Source: Acidobacteriota bacterium
GTDB taxonomy: Bacteria; Acidobacteriota; UBA6911
Reading direction: 5' to 3'
NCBI GenBank assembly: GCA_016929335.1
Contig: JAFGIY010000014.1
Coordinates: 30,586 to 94,585, forward strand
DNA length: 64,000 nt
Every line of letters starts with the position of its first letter. The first letter of the stretch is position 1. Made by a program: the position numbers and the translations under genes. Below are positions 26,499-36,146 of this stretch, in pieces. Under the pieces are notes generated by a model. The model searched no databases and was not told the DNA's origin. It saw only the letters and a program-made list of their open reading frames with translations.

Positions 26499-27125
26499 AT
26501 GTCTGTACGCTTGTTTGTAGGGAACCTGCCCTACGAGACGACTGAACCGGATCTGAGAGAGTTCTTCTCATCCGTTGGGCCCCTCTCGAACGTAATTATT
26601 CCCGTCGATCGAGAAACAGGGAAACGAAGGGGATTTGCATTTGTCGAATTTAACGACCCGGCGCAGGCACAGGAAGCCAGCCGCCGCTTGAATAACCAAC
26701 CGTTCAAAGGGCGCAACATAACTATCAATGAAGCACGTGCACGGGAAAGCCGGCCGGATTCCGGAACGGGACCACGATCCGGATCCTATATGAGGCCTGC
26801 CGGTATGGGGAATGCCTCGCGTCCCGGCTTCACTCCGAGGCCCTCATACAATAGCGCGGATTTCATGCCAAACCCCATGGAAAATGGGAAGGCAGGACGC
26901 TCGGAAAGACGCAGTCGCAGTTTTGGCCCGGATGCCAAACCAACCCGCAGGAGGAAAAGCAATTACGGAAATAAGGGCGGTGAAATGGGCTGGAAGAAAG
27001 GTCCCATCCGCGAACGCACCTCAGGCCAATTCTTCGGCGGTGACGATGATGACTATAATGATGACGATATGGATTTAGAATACTCGTCTTATCCCAAGGA
27101 TACCGACGAAGAAGATGCCGTATAA
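26499..27125 (+). CDS. RRM-type RNA-binding protein with long low-complexity tail
   Basis: RNP2 LFVGNL and RNP1 RRGFAFVEF lie in the first ~80 aa. They are followed by ~125 aa of R/S/G/P-rich sequence, then an acidic tail (GGDDDDYNDDDMDLEY). Confidence 0.85.
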   Translation: MSVRLFVGNLPYETTEPDLREFFSSVGPLSNVIIPVDRETGKRRGFAFVEFNDPAQAQEASRRLNNQPFKGRNITINEARARESRPDSGTGPRSGSYMRPAGMGNASRPGFTPRPSYNSADFMPNPMENGKAGRSERRSRSFGPDAKPTRRRKSNYGNKGGEMGWKKGPIRERTSGQFFGGDDDDYNDDDMDLEYSSYPKDTDEEDAV

Positions 27126-27261
27126 AATTCGGCGCTGATCTGTCATCAATAGGCAATAAGCTACCGAAATACCGATGGAAAATATCAGCCTGCTCAGGCT
27201 TCAGTGCAGGTGTGTCTGATCCGCGCGGTGCCGATGATGCAATCTGCATAAGCAGAGATTC

Positions 27262-27376
27262 CCATGTGGGTCGCGGCTTCAGCCGCGACTCACAATGAAT
27301 CCCATGTGTAAGAGATATTTATGCCTGATTTTCTGCTTGCACCAACATGTCGCGGCTGAAGCCGCGACCCACATGA
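27262..27376. repeat. Miniature family-E derivative (two TIR-like ends ~60 bp apart)
   Basis: CATGTGGGTCGCGGCTTCAGCCGCGAC (left) and TCGCGGCTGAAGCCGCGACCCACATG (right). Each contains the palindrome GTCGCGGCT-TC/GA-AGCCGCGAC. Confidence 0.7.
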
Positions 27377-27769
27377 TTCAACGCATGCCTGCTTGAATCG
27401 GGCCGTCGCTTTAATATGTTCAGCGAATTTTGAGGCAGTCTCTTCAAGCCGGCCGCCCGGGCTGAAGTCAGGGCCCCCGCATGTCTTCCGGTTTATCGGG
27501 GCTTTTGATGCAGCCTGCGCTGCCGAAAATCCACCGGAAATATCTGTTGAGAGACCTGGGACAAAGCGATATGCTTTTCTGTTTCTTATGTTTATATTTT
27601 GAATGTATGGAGTTAAAACCGCCCTATATTTGATTTTCATGCGCTGCGCATTTTGCATCGGGTTTGTTCCGCCCCTGCTTTCCGGTGGGTCGAATCATAA
27701 CTGACACCAGCAGCAAACAGTTTGGAATCCTGTGGGAATTTTTGCACAGGGACAAGGAGTAGTCGAGAT

Positions 27770-29365
27770 ATGTCAAAATTCATAACCGCCCAACAGGCCG
27801 CCATGCTGATCAAGGATGGCGTGACCATAGGCGCCAGTACTCAGGGGTTGTCCGGGTGGGCTGAAGAAGTAGCCATCGCCATCGAGGAGAGGTTTCTTGA
27901 ATCGGGGCATCCCAGGGATATCACTCTGGTGCACAGCTGTACCTGTGGGGATTATAAGAAGAGAGGCACTACGCATCTGGGTCATGAGGGGCTGACGAAG
28001 AGGCTCATCTGCGGACATACATTGACATCGCCCAACATGATCAACCTGATCGAAAATGACAAGATCGAATGCTACCTGCTGCCTCAGGGTGTAATCTGCC
28101 AGCTTTGGCGGGCGATTGCGGGGAAGAAGATCGGAGTAATCACATCGGTCGGTCTCGGAACCTTCGTAGATCCGCGGGTCGATGGGGCCAGGGTTACCTC
28201 AATAACTCATGAAGACCTGATCAAGGTCATCGAAATCGACGGCCGCGAGCAGCTGCTATACAAGCCATTTCCTGTTGATGTTGCTCTGATACGCGGAACG
28301 GTCGCCGATGAAAACGGCAACCTGACCATGGACAACGAATCCGTTATTATGGAAGCACTACCCCTGGCCATGGCTGCTAAAAACAGCGGAGGCATTGTCA
28401 TCGCACAAGCGCACTATTCGGCAATGTCGGGTGCTCTCCTTCCCAAGAATGTAAAAGTCCCTGGGACTTTGGTGGACTATGTTGTAATCGCAAAGCCGGA
28501 GAACCATCATCAGACTCAACAGACCTATTTCAATCCGGTTCTTGCAGGGCATTTCAGGGTGCCCCTGGCCGGAATCCCGACCATCCCGCTGGATGCGCGG
28601 AAAATCATCGGGCGCCGGGCTGCCATGGAGCTTTCAATCGGCGATGTGATTAATCTGGGTGTGGGCATTCCTGCCGTAATCCCGAGTGTTATTGCTGAGG
28701 AGGGAATGACGGGAAAGGTCACAACAACCACCGAACTGGGCGTCTTCGGGGGAGTGCCGGCGATCGGGCTTGATTTCGGCGGTGCATTGAATGCCGAGGC
28801 GATGATCGAGCATGCTTCCATGTTTGATTACTATGACGGCGGCGGGCTGGACGTCACTTTTGTCGGATTGGCTCAGGCTGACAAATACGGCAATGTCAAT
28901 GTCAGCCGCTTTGGGAAAAGGGTGGCGGGCCCGGGCGGATTCATCAACATCACGCAGAACTCCAAGAAGGTCGTCTTCTGCGGCATGTTTTCCATCGGCT
29001 CCGAAGAAGTCGTGGAGAACGGGAAGCTGCGCATCACGAAAGAAGGCGATGGGAAAAAGTTTGTTGAGCGTGTCGAACAGATTACATTCAGCGGCGCCTT
29101 CGCCGCCCATAGAAACGAGCCGGTTATGTTCATCACAGAACGGGGAGTATTCGATCTGAAGGGCGAGAAGCTGATGCTGACGGAAATCGCTCCGGGCGTG
29201 GACCTCGAGCGGGATATCTTCGGTATGATGGAATTCAAGCCGATAGTGTCTCCGGAACTGAAGCAGATGGATAGCGATCTATTCCTGCCGGAATGGGGGA
29301 AACTCGAAGCGCTTCTTGGCGAGAAAAGCGGCCGCATTTCTGAGCCATTGCAGGCTGTTTCCTAA
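27770..29365 (+). CDS. Acyl-CoA:acetate/3-ketoacid CoA-transferase (YdiF-type, family I)
   Basis: 531 aa from ATG 27770, with an AAGGAG SD. It is collinear with remembered E. coli YdiF blocks (GLGTFVDPR, ITFSG, ITERGVF, IAPGVDL, ISPELK). Confidence 0.85.
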   Translation: MSKFITAQQAAMLIKDGVTIGASTQGLSGWAEEVAIAIEERFLESGHPRDITLVHSCTCGDYKKRGTTHLGHEGLTKRLICGHTLTSPNMINLIENDKIECYLLPQGVICQLWRAIAGKKIGVITSVGLGTFVDPRVDGARVTSITHEDLIKVIEIDGREQLLYKPFPVDVALIRGTVADENGNLTMDNESVIMEALPLAMAAKNSGGIVIAQAHYSAMSGALLPKNVKVPGTLVDYVVIAKPENHHQTQQTYFNPVLAGHFRVPLAGIPTIPLDARKIIGRRAAMELSIGDVINLGVGIPAVIPSVIAEEGMTGKVTTTTELGVFGGVPAIGLDFGGALNAEAMIEHASMFDYYDGGGLDVTFVGLAQADKYGNVNVSRFGKRVAGPGGFINITQNSKKVVFCGMFSIGSEEVVENGKLRITKEGDGKKFVERVEQITFSGAFAAHRNEPVMFITERGVFDLKGEKLMLTEIAPGVDLERDIFGMMEFKPIVSPELKQMDSDLFLPEWGKLEALLGEKSGRISEPLQAVS

Positions 29366-29374
29366 GTTGATGCA

Positions 29375-29413
29375 GCCACGAATTGGCACGAATTAATTCG
29401 TGTAATTCGTGGC
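29375..29413. repeat. Family-A hairpin copy A3 between convergent CoA-transferase and GPH transporter
   Basis: GCCACGAATTGGCACGAATT-AATTCGTGTAATTCGTGGC. It overlaps the last 6 codons (ATNYTN) and the stop of the transporter gene. Confidence 0.65.
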
Positions 29414-30781
29414 TAAGGCGTTTTTCCTTTCGGTAATTTCCTGCTGCATCTGTAGGACGTGTGCTTCATCGATTCTGTATCCAAAAAAGAAGATGGCCAC
29501 GGCAATCGCATAAGCCACCGCCGGACCAAGCGTGATCATTAAACTGATGCCTTCAATCACACGCGGCGTCGGAGTCGTGTTCGCTTCAAATCCTATCGCC
29601 ATTAATCCAAATGTGACCACGGCGCTTCGGATCAGCACTCCCACTTTTATAGAGAGATTCATCAGTGCCATCGTAAATGCACGGATGCTTTTCCCTGTTT
29701 TCCACTCCCCGTAAACCACCGTGTCGGCAAATAGCGCTGTATTCATGGCCGCTGCTATGACGGCAAGCATGCTTGAAATACAAAATACAAATGTGAAACC
29801 CCAGGGCGTCTCGCGCAGGAAAAGGCCGGAAGCAAATCCGACGGCGGCCGCCGTGATAAAAATGCAATACACATTGCGTTTGCCCAGCTTCACTCCGATC
29901 CACGAAGCGGCAAGCGTGCCGATCAATCTTGCGATGCTGGTGGCTAATATGAACAGGGATAGAAAAGCCGGCTGGCCCACCACATAGGTGAAGTAGTAAA
30001 TTGCCAGGGCTGTGATTATAAAAATGCTGGTGCTTCCGAATACCTGGGCAAGTGTTAAATACATGAGGGGAGGATTCCTGAATACCAGTCCCACTATTTC
30101 CCTCACCGATTGACTGGATTTATTTCGGGGAGTATCGATTGGGATTTCGTCATATGGATCCTTGCGGGCCGTAATCCCGTAAACGTACCAGTAGCCGAGG
30201 ATCATCAGGAATGCGTATACAGCCACGGTAACCGTAAATCCCGCCACTTCGCCGGTATGCGAACTGAAAAACAGAATCATGGGCATTGCGGTAGCGGAAA
30301 GAATCAGACCCGCGGCGGACATCCCCTGTGCCCGACTGGTGGACAAAATGGTTCTTTCGTCGGGAAATTGGCTCAGCCGGCTAACCATCGCGCCCGAAGC
30401 GGCCACCACGACATTAAAAAGAAGATGGCTTGCAATAAAGCCGAACATGACGATGCAGGCTGCCGTCAAATCTCCCCCTATTTTTGTAAACTGCAAAATG
30501 AATAGGGGGGCGACCATCGGCGGTCCGACCAAAAACCACGAGCGGTATTTCCCGCCGTATTTCAGAGTTACTTTCTGGAGGATGACGCCGCCCACAAGAG
30601 CGCACACGATGTCGATCAGACTGGTAAGGCCGAGGATTTGGCCGGTAATTGCCAGAGAGAAGCGGGCATAGTCCGTGAGAAAGACGGCGAAAAAATACGC
30701 TTCCATATTTACCATGAGGGCAAAAAACAGATCCCCAATTCCGTAAGTGTACAGCAAGGACTTTTTTAATCGATCCGCCAT
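29393..30781 (-). CDS. MFS transporter, glycoside-pentoside-hexuronide (GPH):cation symporter family
   Basis: 462 aa and ~12 TM. The N-terminus ...KSLLYTYGIGDLFFALMVNM... is typical of the GPH/MelB-like family. Confidence 0.8.
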   Translation of the reverse strand: MADRLKKSLLYTYGIGDLFFALMVNMEAYFFAVFLTDYARFSLAITGQILGLTSLIDIVCALVGGVILQKVTLKYGGKYRSWFLVGPPMVAPLFILQFTKIGGDLTAACIVMFGFIASHLLFNVVVAASGAMVSRLSQFPDERTILSTSRAQGMSAAGLILSATAMPMILFFSSHTGEVAGFTVTVAVYAFLMILGYWYVYGITARKDPYDEIPIDTPRNKSSQSVREIVGLVFRNPPLMYLTLAQVFGSTSIFIITALAIYYFTYVVGQPAFLSLFILATSIARLIGTLAASWIGVKLGKRNVYCIFITAAAVGFASGLFLRETPWGFTFVFCISSMLAVIAAAMNTALFADTVVYGEWKTGKSIRAFTMALMNLSIKVGVLIRSAVVTFGLMAIGFEANTTPTPRVIEGISLMITLGPAVAYAIAVAIFFFGYRIDEAHVLQMQQEITERKNALATNYTN

Positions 30782-31075
30782 GGCAACTCCCTGACAAAGG
30801 CTCGGGTGTAACAGCGCTACACCGATTGAGATGATACTAACCCGATAAAGGGAATTTCTGTGTCGTTTTTTAAGGGGATTTAGAATCAGAAGATGGAGAT
30901 TGCCGACTTTCGTGTAGGGCGATAGAGATATTAAACGCGGATTTTCACTGATCTCAGGCGATCCGGAATCCCTGGGTTTATGGACAGCGGTTGTGCTATC
31001 CTGCGAAAAACCTGCAATGCTTTTCCCCGCTGCCGGAATAAAGTAATATGGATGTCAGGGCGGCAGGAGGATTAG

Positions 31076-31447
31076 ATGCCGGAATTAGGACAAAGCACTC
31101 TGCAATATCGGACGCTGGGCGCAATAGTCGACAGCGTTGCGCGAGTGTGCGGAGTGCGCAGATCCGATCTGGCATTCGGCGACCGCCTGCTCATAACCAC
31201 AAGAAACTCGACTTACTCCATTTGTGTGCTGGAGGAGGGAATGTATTCGGTTTCGGGAGGATGGTTTGATCGCCGCGGTTTGTCTCCATCAAAGGTAACC
31301 ATTAACGGATGTACCTGGGGAGGGCGGGCAATCAAACAGGATATCGTCGCTGCCTGCGGCCTGCATCTTGAGTTCGGCAATCAGGTGGTGACAAGCAGAA
31401 TTACCAAATACCAGGTCATTCGCTGCCCTGAAAACTCCATACAATAA
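31076..31447 (+). CDS. Hypothetical protein (123 aa)
   Basis: The ORF has a strong SD (AGGAGG 7 nt upstream of the ATG). I recognise no family. Confidence 0.5.
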   Translation: MPELGQSTLQYRTLGAIVDSVARVCGVRRSDLAFGDRLLITTRNSTYSICVLEEGMYSVSGGWFDRRGLSPSKVTINGCTWGGRAIKQDIVAACGLHLEFGNQVVTSRITKYQVIRCPENSIQ

Positions 31448-31642
31448 AGCTCGTGCCATCCAGTAGCGCAATAAAGATCCGAATCGGCCGTCATTCGCAC
31501 GCAGGAAGACCGCATAATCGGCAGCCACGATATTTGCTTGTGCGCTCATTGCACTTCCCTGTCACGCGCCTTCGGCATTCCTATTCCTTAAGTCAAGAAA
31601 AGGGCCCCCCAAAATTGAACCTAAGACGTTTTTTTGAGGGGA

Positions 31643-32875
31643 TTATTGCGCTAAAAGATTGTTTGAATTAGCTTTGCGTCGGTCCGACCCCCGTGAAGGG
31701 ATTTCGTAGATTGATTTTTGGGATTTGAAGCCGTTGAGAGCTTGTTGGAAAAGAGGGGCAATCCTGCCGGGCTCTGCTTTGGCAAAAGGGGTTTGTGGGA
31801 GTGGGGCGAAGATGTGCGGGTGGATTCGCGCGCCCAGATGTACGACTTCCTGCATAACTTTCAGACTTTCGCGCATGTCTTCATCGGTCTCTCCCGGCAG
31901 GCCATAGATGAAATCCACAATTACCTTGTATCCGTATTTTCGCGCCAGTCTCACTGCCGTCAGTACGTTCTCAACCGAGTGGGACCGGTTGCAGACTTCC
32001 AGCATCCGGCTGCTGCCGGATTGGGCTCCAATCACGATCTCGTCGTTATCAGCGAATTCCTTGAGCATGTCGAGTGTGTCCGGAGTGATATGCTCCGGCC
32101 TCGCTTCGGAAGGGAAGTGCGCGAAAAGGATTCGGGCTTTTGATGTCATGGTTTGCCGCAAAGCCGACAACAGCTCGCGCATAGCCTTCATATTGAGTTG
32201 CCGCCCGTCATTCGAACCATAGGAGAATGCATTAGGCGAAAGAAGCCTCACGACCTTGCGGTTACCCGACCGCAGCGAAGCCGCCTGCCGGACAATATTG
32301 TCGATGCCGCGATGGCGCAGCTTTGTGCCGAATATGTGCGACGTCTGGCAGTAGCTGCAGGCAAAGGCGCAGCCGCGCGTAATTTCGATCGGACCGAACA
32401 TGCCTCTCTTCGGAGAAATGGAGACGAAGGAGTCCATATCAACTCGAACAGGTGAGGATTGCAGGCTATGGACCGCCTGTCCTTCAAAAAGACTCCTGAT
32501 CACTCCGGGAAAATTCAATTCGGCTTCTCCGCGGAATGCAACATCGACTCCCGCATCAAGGGCTTCCTCCGCGCACGCGGTGACATGCGGCCCGCCCGCC
32601 AGGACTACAACCTTCTCTCCGCAATCCGCGCGGAGCTGCCGGATGATGCGCCTCATCTCTTCAAACTGGCAGGTCATGACCGACAGTGCAACGATGGCGC
32701 GATGGTGATGTTTCAAAGCCGCAGCAGTGACTGCCCGCAGATTATCCGCATTGGTGGCAAGAGTGACCCGTGAATCCGCGAGTGAGGGGTCTCCGTCCAG
32801 AGCTCCCGCGAGCGCGTTGAAGCTGTAGCAGTTCAAACGGTGATAATAGAAGATCAGGGCGTGCTTTGCGATCAT
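31643..32875 (-). CDS. B12-binding-domain radical SAM protein
   Basis: The N-terminal Rossmann-like B12-type region is followed by the radical SAM cluster motif GCAFACSYC (CxxxCxxC). The start is taken at MIAKHALIFYYH (ATG 32875); upstream in-frame ATGs would overlap the Zn-ribbon gene. Confidence 0.75.
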   Translation of the reverse strand: MIAKHALIFYYHRLNCYSFNALAGALDGDPSLADSRVTLATNADNLRAVTAAALKHHHRAIVALSVMTCQFEEMRRIIRQLRADCGEKVVVLAGGPHVTACAEEALDAGVDVAFRGEAELNFPGVIRSLFEGQAVHSLQSSPVRVDMDSFVSISPKRGMFGPIEITRGCAFACSYCQTSHIFGTKLRHRGIDNIVRQAASLRSGNRKVVRLLSPNAFSYGSNDGRQLNMKAMRELLSALRQTMTSKARILFAHFPSEARPEHITPDTLDMLKEFADNDEIVIGAQSGSSRMLEVCNRSHSVENVLTAVRLARKYGYKVIVDFIYGLPGETDEDMRESLKVMQEVVHLGARIHPHIFAPLPQTPFAKAEPGRIAPLFQQALNGFKSQKSIYEIPSRGSDRRKANSNNLLAQ

Positions 32876-32915
32876 TCGAAAAGAGCAGCCATGCACTTCG
32901 CAGACGGAAGGCTGC

Positions 32916-33128
32916 CTATTCCTCTTCTTTGGGGGGTATATAATTCGCATCATCCTCAATGACATCCAGGATGATGCGATACCAGCAGTTTTTGCAGACC
33001 AGGGCCCGGTCAACACTGAGCAGAACCTGCTGCCAGGGGCTCAGTTCATTCCCGCAATTGGGACATGCATCGTAGCTCCTGCGTGTGCCCGGAAATGCCT
33101 GCCTGTTTTCTTCGTTGTTATCGACCAA
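32916..33128 (-). CDS. Small zinc-ribbon-like protein (70 aa)
   Basis: It has CPNC...(19 aa)...CKNC and an acidic C-terminus. It overlaps the stop of the upstream gene by 11 nt, which suggests translational coupling. Confidence 0.5.
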   Translation of the reverse strand: MVDNNEENRQAFPGTRRSYDACPNCGNELSPWQQVLLSVDRALVCKNCWYRIILDVIEDDANYIPPKEEE

Positions 33129-36114
33129 AGCCCTGCTCCGGTTTCAGTATGATGCCCTTGTTCTGATGTCCATCGACTTTAGCCACTACGGGATGCTCCA
33201 GTCGGATGTGGCGGACAAATTGTCTCTCTTCCACAACGGGATTTGTACGCAGCCATTCCCAATCGATGAAACCATCCTGAGTGGTGGAGTTGACTGTGAA
33301 GTAGCTGATTCGAAAGGACGTAATGTTGTGAAAAAAATGGGATCCCTGAGACGGGTCCACTTCCATATCCCTGAATCCTGCTTCGACGATGACTTTTGCG
33401 CCGGAAATCTGATCCCATTTTACGGGGATTCCAAGCCAGGGATCGAGCGATCCCCACCGGCCGACGCCGATTAAAAGGTAGGGCCTGTGTTGTGCTACAA
33501 GGCTCTCATTGAAGTACATGACTTCATAGGCTGCATCGAGGCTTTTGGCCCTCTGAAAACGCTCGACGTCCACAAAAACGATATCGTAGATATCGCTTGT
33601 CATGCCGTGGCCCAGTACCTGAGTGCTTCTGCAAATCAGCTTTTCCTTCGCAATGTCCTCTATCTGGAGTGGATCCGATTCCTTGCTGAGGCCGAGCGGG
33701 CGCAGCTGCAGCAGTGCAAACTCCTTTGGCTGACCGGACCGTACGGACAGGGAGACGGCGAATTCCATCTCAACGGGCGTACCCATGCCCCAACTGCCCA
33801 TATCCATCAAAAGCTCTATGATGCGCGCGAGGGGGAATACCTTGTTTCGAAGTATGGGCGCAAAGCTGACTACCCGGAGTCCAGTCCTGGACATTCCGTC
33901 GTACAGCGCATCATTCTCGGGTGAGTATGTGGAGGCTAAGCTGCGAAGAGTGCCGTCCGCTTCTGCGTCGGCAAGGCCAAAGCTCCGGACCAGCGTGTCG
34001 TGCGTTTCGGCTTCTTCGGTGGGACGCGCGGTCAGATCCAGCGCAAAAAATTGATTCTGATTATTAAGGATGGCTTCAGAGGTGGAAAAGAACTGAAGCA
34101 GGTGGTTTGGATATTTCGGGCAGAACCGGACAGTGACACCTCCTTCGACAATGGTTTTCCCCAGGCCGAGCGCTACAGAGACGATACCGTCCAGTGGCTT
34201 CTGCGGCGGGACGGGATAGAAGTTGTAGGATTTGGCCACTCCCGAAAAATCCGGGTAGAAGCGGGATTCGTGTTTTGCTCCTACCATTTTCTGGACTATG
34301 ACGGCCATCTTTTCTTCTTCAAGACTGTAGTCGGTGACCCTGAAATAATCCTTTGCACACTGGTAAAAGGTCGATGCGTAAACCCGCTTGATTGTGGTCA
34401 CCAGCTGTCCGAGGCGCACAAACTGGTCCGGATGATCGTTGGGGATCATATAGGTCTGATACACGCCGGCAAAGGGATGATACTGCGAGTCCTCCAGCAT
34501 GCTCGAGGAGCGGACCGCAAGAGGCACGCGTATCTCGTGAAGGAAGGATGCCAGATCTCCCAGAACATCCTCCGGGAAATTTGCCTCGAGGAATCTCTTC
34601 GTGATCTCGAGATCGTCGGTAGATTCCAGGGCAAACTGGCGCAGATTGTTTTCGTCGAGAAATCGATCGAAGAGATGGGTGCCGAGTACAACGGCAGGAG
34701 GGACCGCTATCTGTACGCCATCGAAAAGCCGGCGGACGCCATAATTGTTTATCAGCGTATTCAGGAAACCCAGACCGCGCGCTTTTCCGCCCAGAGATCC
34801 CCCGCCGATCCTTGCCAGACTCGTTTCAGGATCGAATTTATCTTTCTCAAAATCGGTTATAAGTCCGCGCTGCTGAAATCGGGTGTAGGCGCCGAGCGAT
34901 GAGATCAGGTCGTTGCGAAGGCCTTCGACTGTCGGGAAATCCGACACTTTTCGCGGCCGCACCAGATGAGCCAGAGCGAATTCCGTTCTTGCCTTGAGCC
35001 AGTTCGAAAAGTGATTGCGCTCGGCGTGATACCGGATGCTTTCTTCGGGCACGTATGCCAGCTGTTCCCGGAGGCTTTTCAAATCCGAAGCTCTTCCGAC
35101 CTCATGCCCATCGGGAGTCCGGAATACAAAGTCGCCGAAGCTGAAGTATTCGGTCATGAACTGGCGAAGCAGGAGAGCCAGTTTGGGCGAATCCTTCGGC
35201 ACAAAAGACAGGTTCAAAGCCTTGGCTTCGGCTTCATAATCCGATGTCAGGGACTGAAGCATGATGGGCATCTCAGGGTATATGCTTCGCGCAGCCTTGG
35301 CGAACTTGATTCCCGCGCCGTAATCGGGCCGGCCTTCTCGCGGGAAGTCGATATCGGAAATAATACCCAGTATGTGTTCCTTATAGGTTTCGAAATACTG
35401 CCAGGCTTCCTCGTACGTTTGACAGACCAGGATCTTGGGACGCGCCACCGTCCTGAGGAATTTGTGCGAGAGATTGATGCCTTCGGAAATGAGCCGTTGA
35501 GACTGGGTGAGAAGCTCCGTGTACAATATGGGCAGAAGCGTCGAGCAGTGCTGGATGTTGTCTTCAATGAAAATGATGGATTGGATGCCGACCAGGCGGG
35601 TATCGTGGTCGACGTTCATCCGGTCTTCCAGATGCTTGATGATAGCCACGATCAGCCGGAAGTCGCCGTTCCAGACAAAGACCCGGTCGAAAGCCGCCGT
35701 ATAGTTGTGCGCCTTCAGGTCTTTCAGTTCCTTGCTGTCATAGGCCAGCAGCACGATGGGGATCTGAACGCCCGCCTGCCTGGCCAGTTGCGCCAGCCGT
35801 ACGGCGGTCATATCCTCCACGTGCAGAGTCGTAAGAATCAGGTCAAACCGCCTCTCCTCTTTCGCGAGGATAATGGCTTCTTTTCCGCTGGATACGCGCG
35901 TCAATTCCGGGGAATGGCTCAGGTTCAGGGTCTGGTATTCGTTGCTGATCAACTCGTCGAAGCGGCCGTCTTCTTCGAACAGATAGAGGTCATAGAGGCT
36001 GGAGACAAGAAGGACGTCTCTGATCCTGTGACGCATCAGGTTTTGAAAACCCTGAAAGCGCGTTCCATACCCGTGCTCGATCCATAGCGGATCCAGTCTT
36101 TTTTCAGCCGACAT
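33118..36114 (-). CDS. PEP/pyruvate-binding (PPDK_N-type) protein with N-terminal receiver-like domains
   Basis: ~998 aa from ATG 36114 (MSAEKRLDPLW...). It has two CheY-like-fold regions, then the ATP-grasp motifs IGGGSLGGKARGL and LAVRSSSMLEDS. The longer ORF to 36315 runs through the gdhA terminator hairpin. Confidence 0.8.
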   Translation of the reverse strand: MSAEKRLDPLWIEHGYGTRFQGFQNLMRHRIRDVLLVSSLYDLYLFEEDGRFDELISNEYQTLNLSHSPELTRVSSGKEAIILAKEERRFDLILTTLHVEDMTAVRLAQLARQAGVQIPIVLLAYDSKELKDLKAHNYTAAFDRVFVWNGDFRLIVAIIKHLEDRMNVDHDTRLVGIQSIIFIEDNIQHCSTLLPILYTELLTQSQRLISEGINLSHKFLRTVARPKILVCQTYEEAWQYFETYKEHILGIISDIDFPREGRPDYGAGIKFAKAARSIYPEMPIMLQSLTSDYEAEAKALNLSFVPKDSPKLALLLRQFMTEYFSFGDFVFRTPDGHEVGRASDLKSLREQLAYVPEESIRYHAERNHFSNWLKARTEFALAHLVRPRKVSDFPTVEGLRNDLISSLGAYTRFQQRGLITDFEKDKFDPETSLARIGGGSLGGKARGLGFLNTLINNYGVRRLFDGVQIAVPPAVVLGTHLFDRFLDENNLRQFALESTDDLEITKRFLEANFPEDVLGDLASFLHEIRVPLAVRSSSMLEDSQYHPFAGVYQTYMIPNDHPDQFVRLGQLVTTIKRVYASTFYQCAKDYFRVTDYSLEEEKMAVIVQKMVGAKHESRFYPDFSGVAKSYNFYPVPPQKPLDGIVSVALGLGKTIVEGGVTVRFCPKYPNHLLQFFSTSEAILNNQNQFFALDLTARPTEEAETHDTLVRSFGLADAEADGTLRSLASTYSPENDALYDGMSRTGLRVVSFAPILRNKVFPLARIIELLMDMGSWGMGTPVEMEFAVSLSVRSGQPKEFALLQLRPLGLSKESDPLQIEDIAKEKLICRSTQVLGHGMTSDIYDIVFVDVERFQRAKSLDAAYEVMYFNESLVAQHRPYLLIGVGRWGSLDPWLGIPVKWDQISGAKVIVEAGFRDMEVDPSQGSHFFHNITSFRISYFTVNSTTQDGFIDWEWLRTNPVVEERQFVRHIRLEHPVVAKVDGHQNKGIILKPEQGFGR

Positions 36115-36146
36115 AACGCTTCCCGGTATTTCAGTATAAAACAAAA

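Noticed and set aside
31289-31549. 86-aa minus-strand ORF overlapping the 3' half of the 123-aa gene, considered as a possible antisense gene or toxin-antitoxin pair.
   Set aside because: It has a weak start context and no motif, and the + strand ORF has the strong SD. It is most likely a shadow frame.
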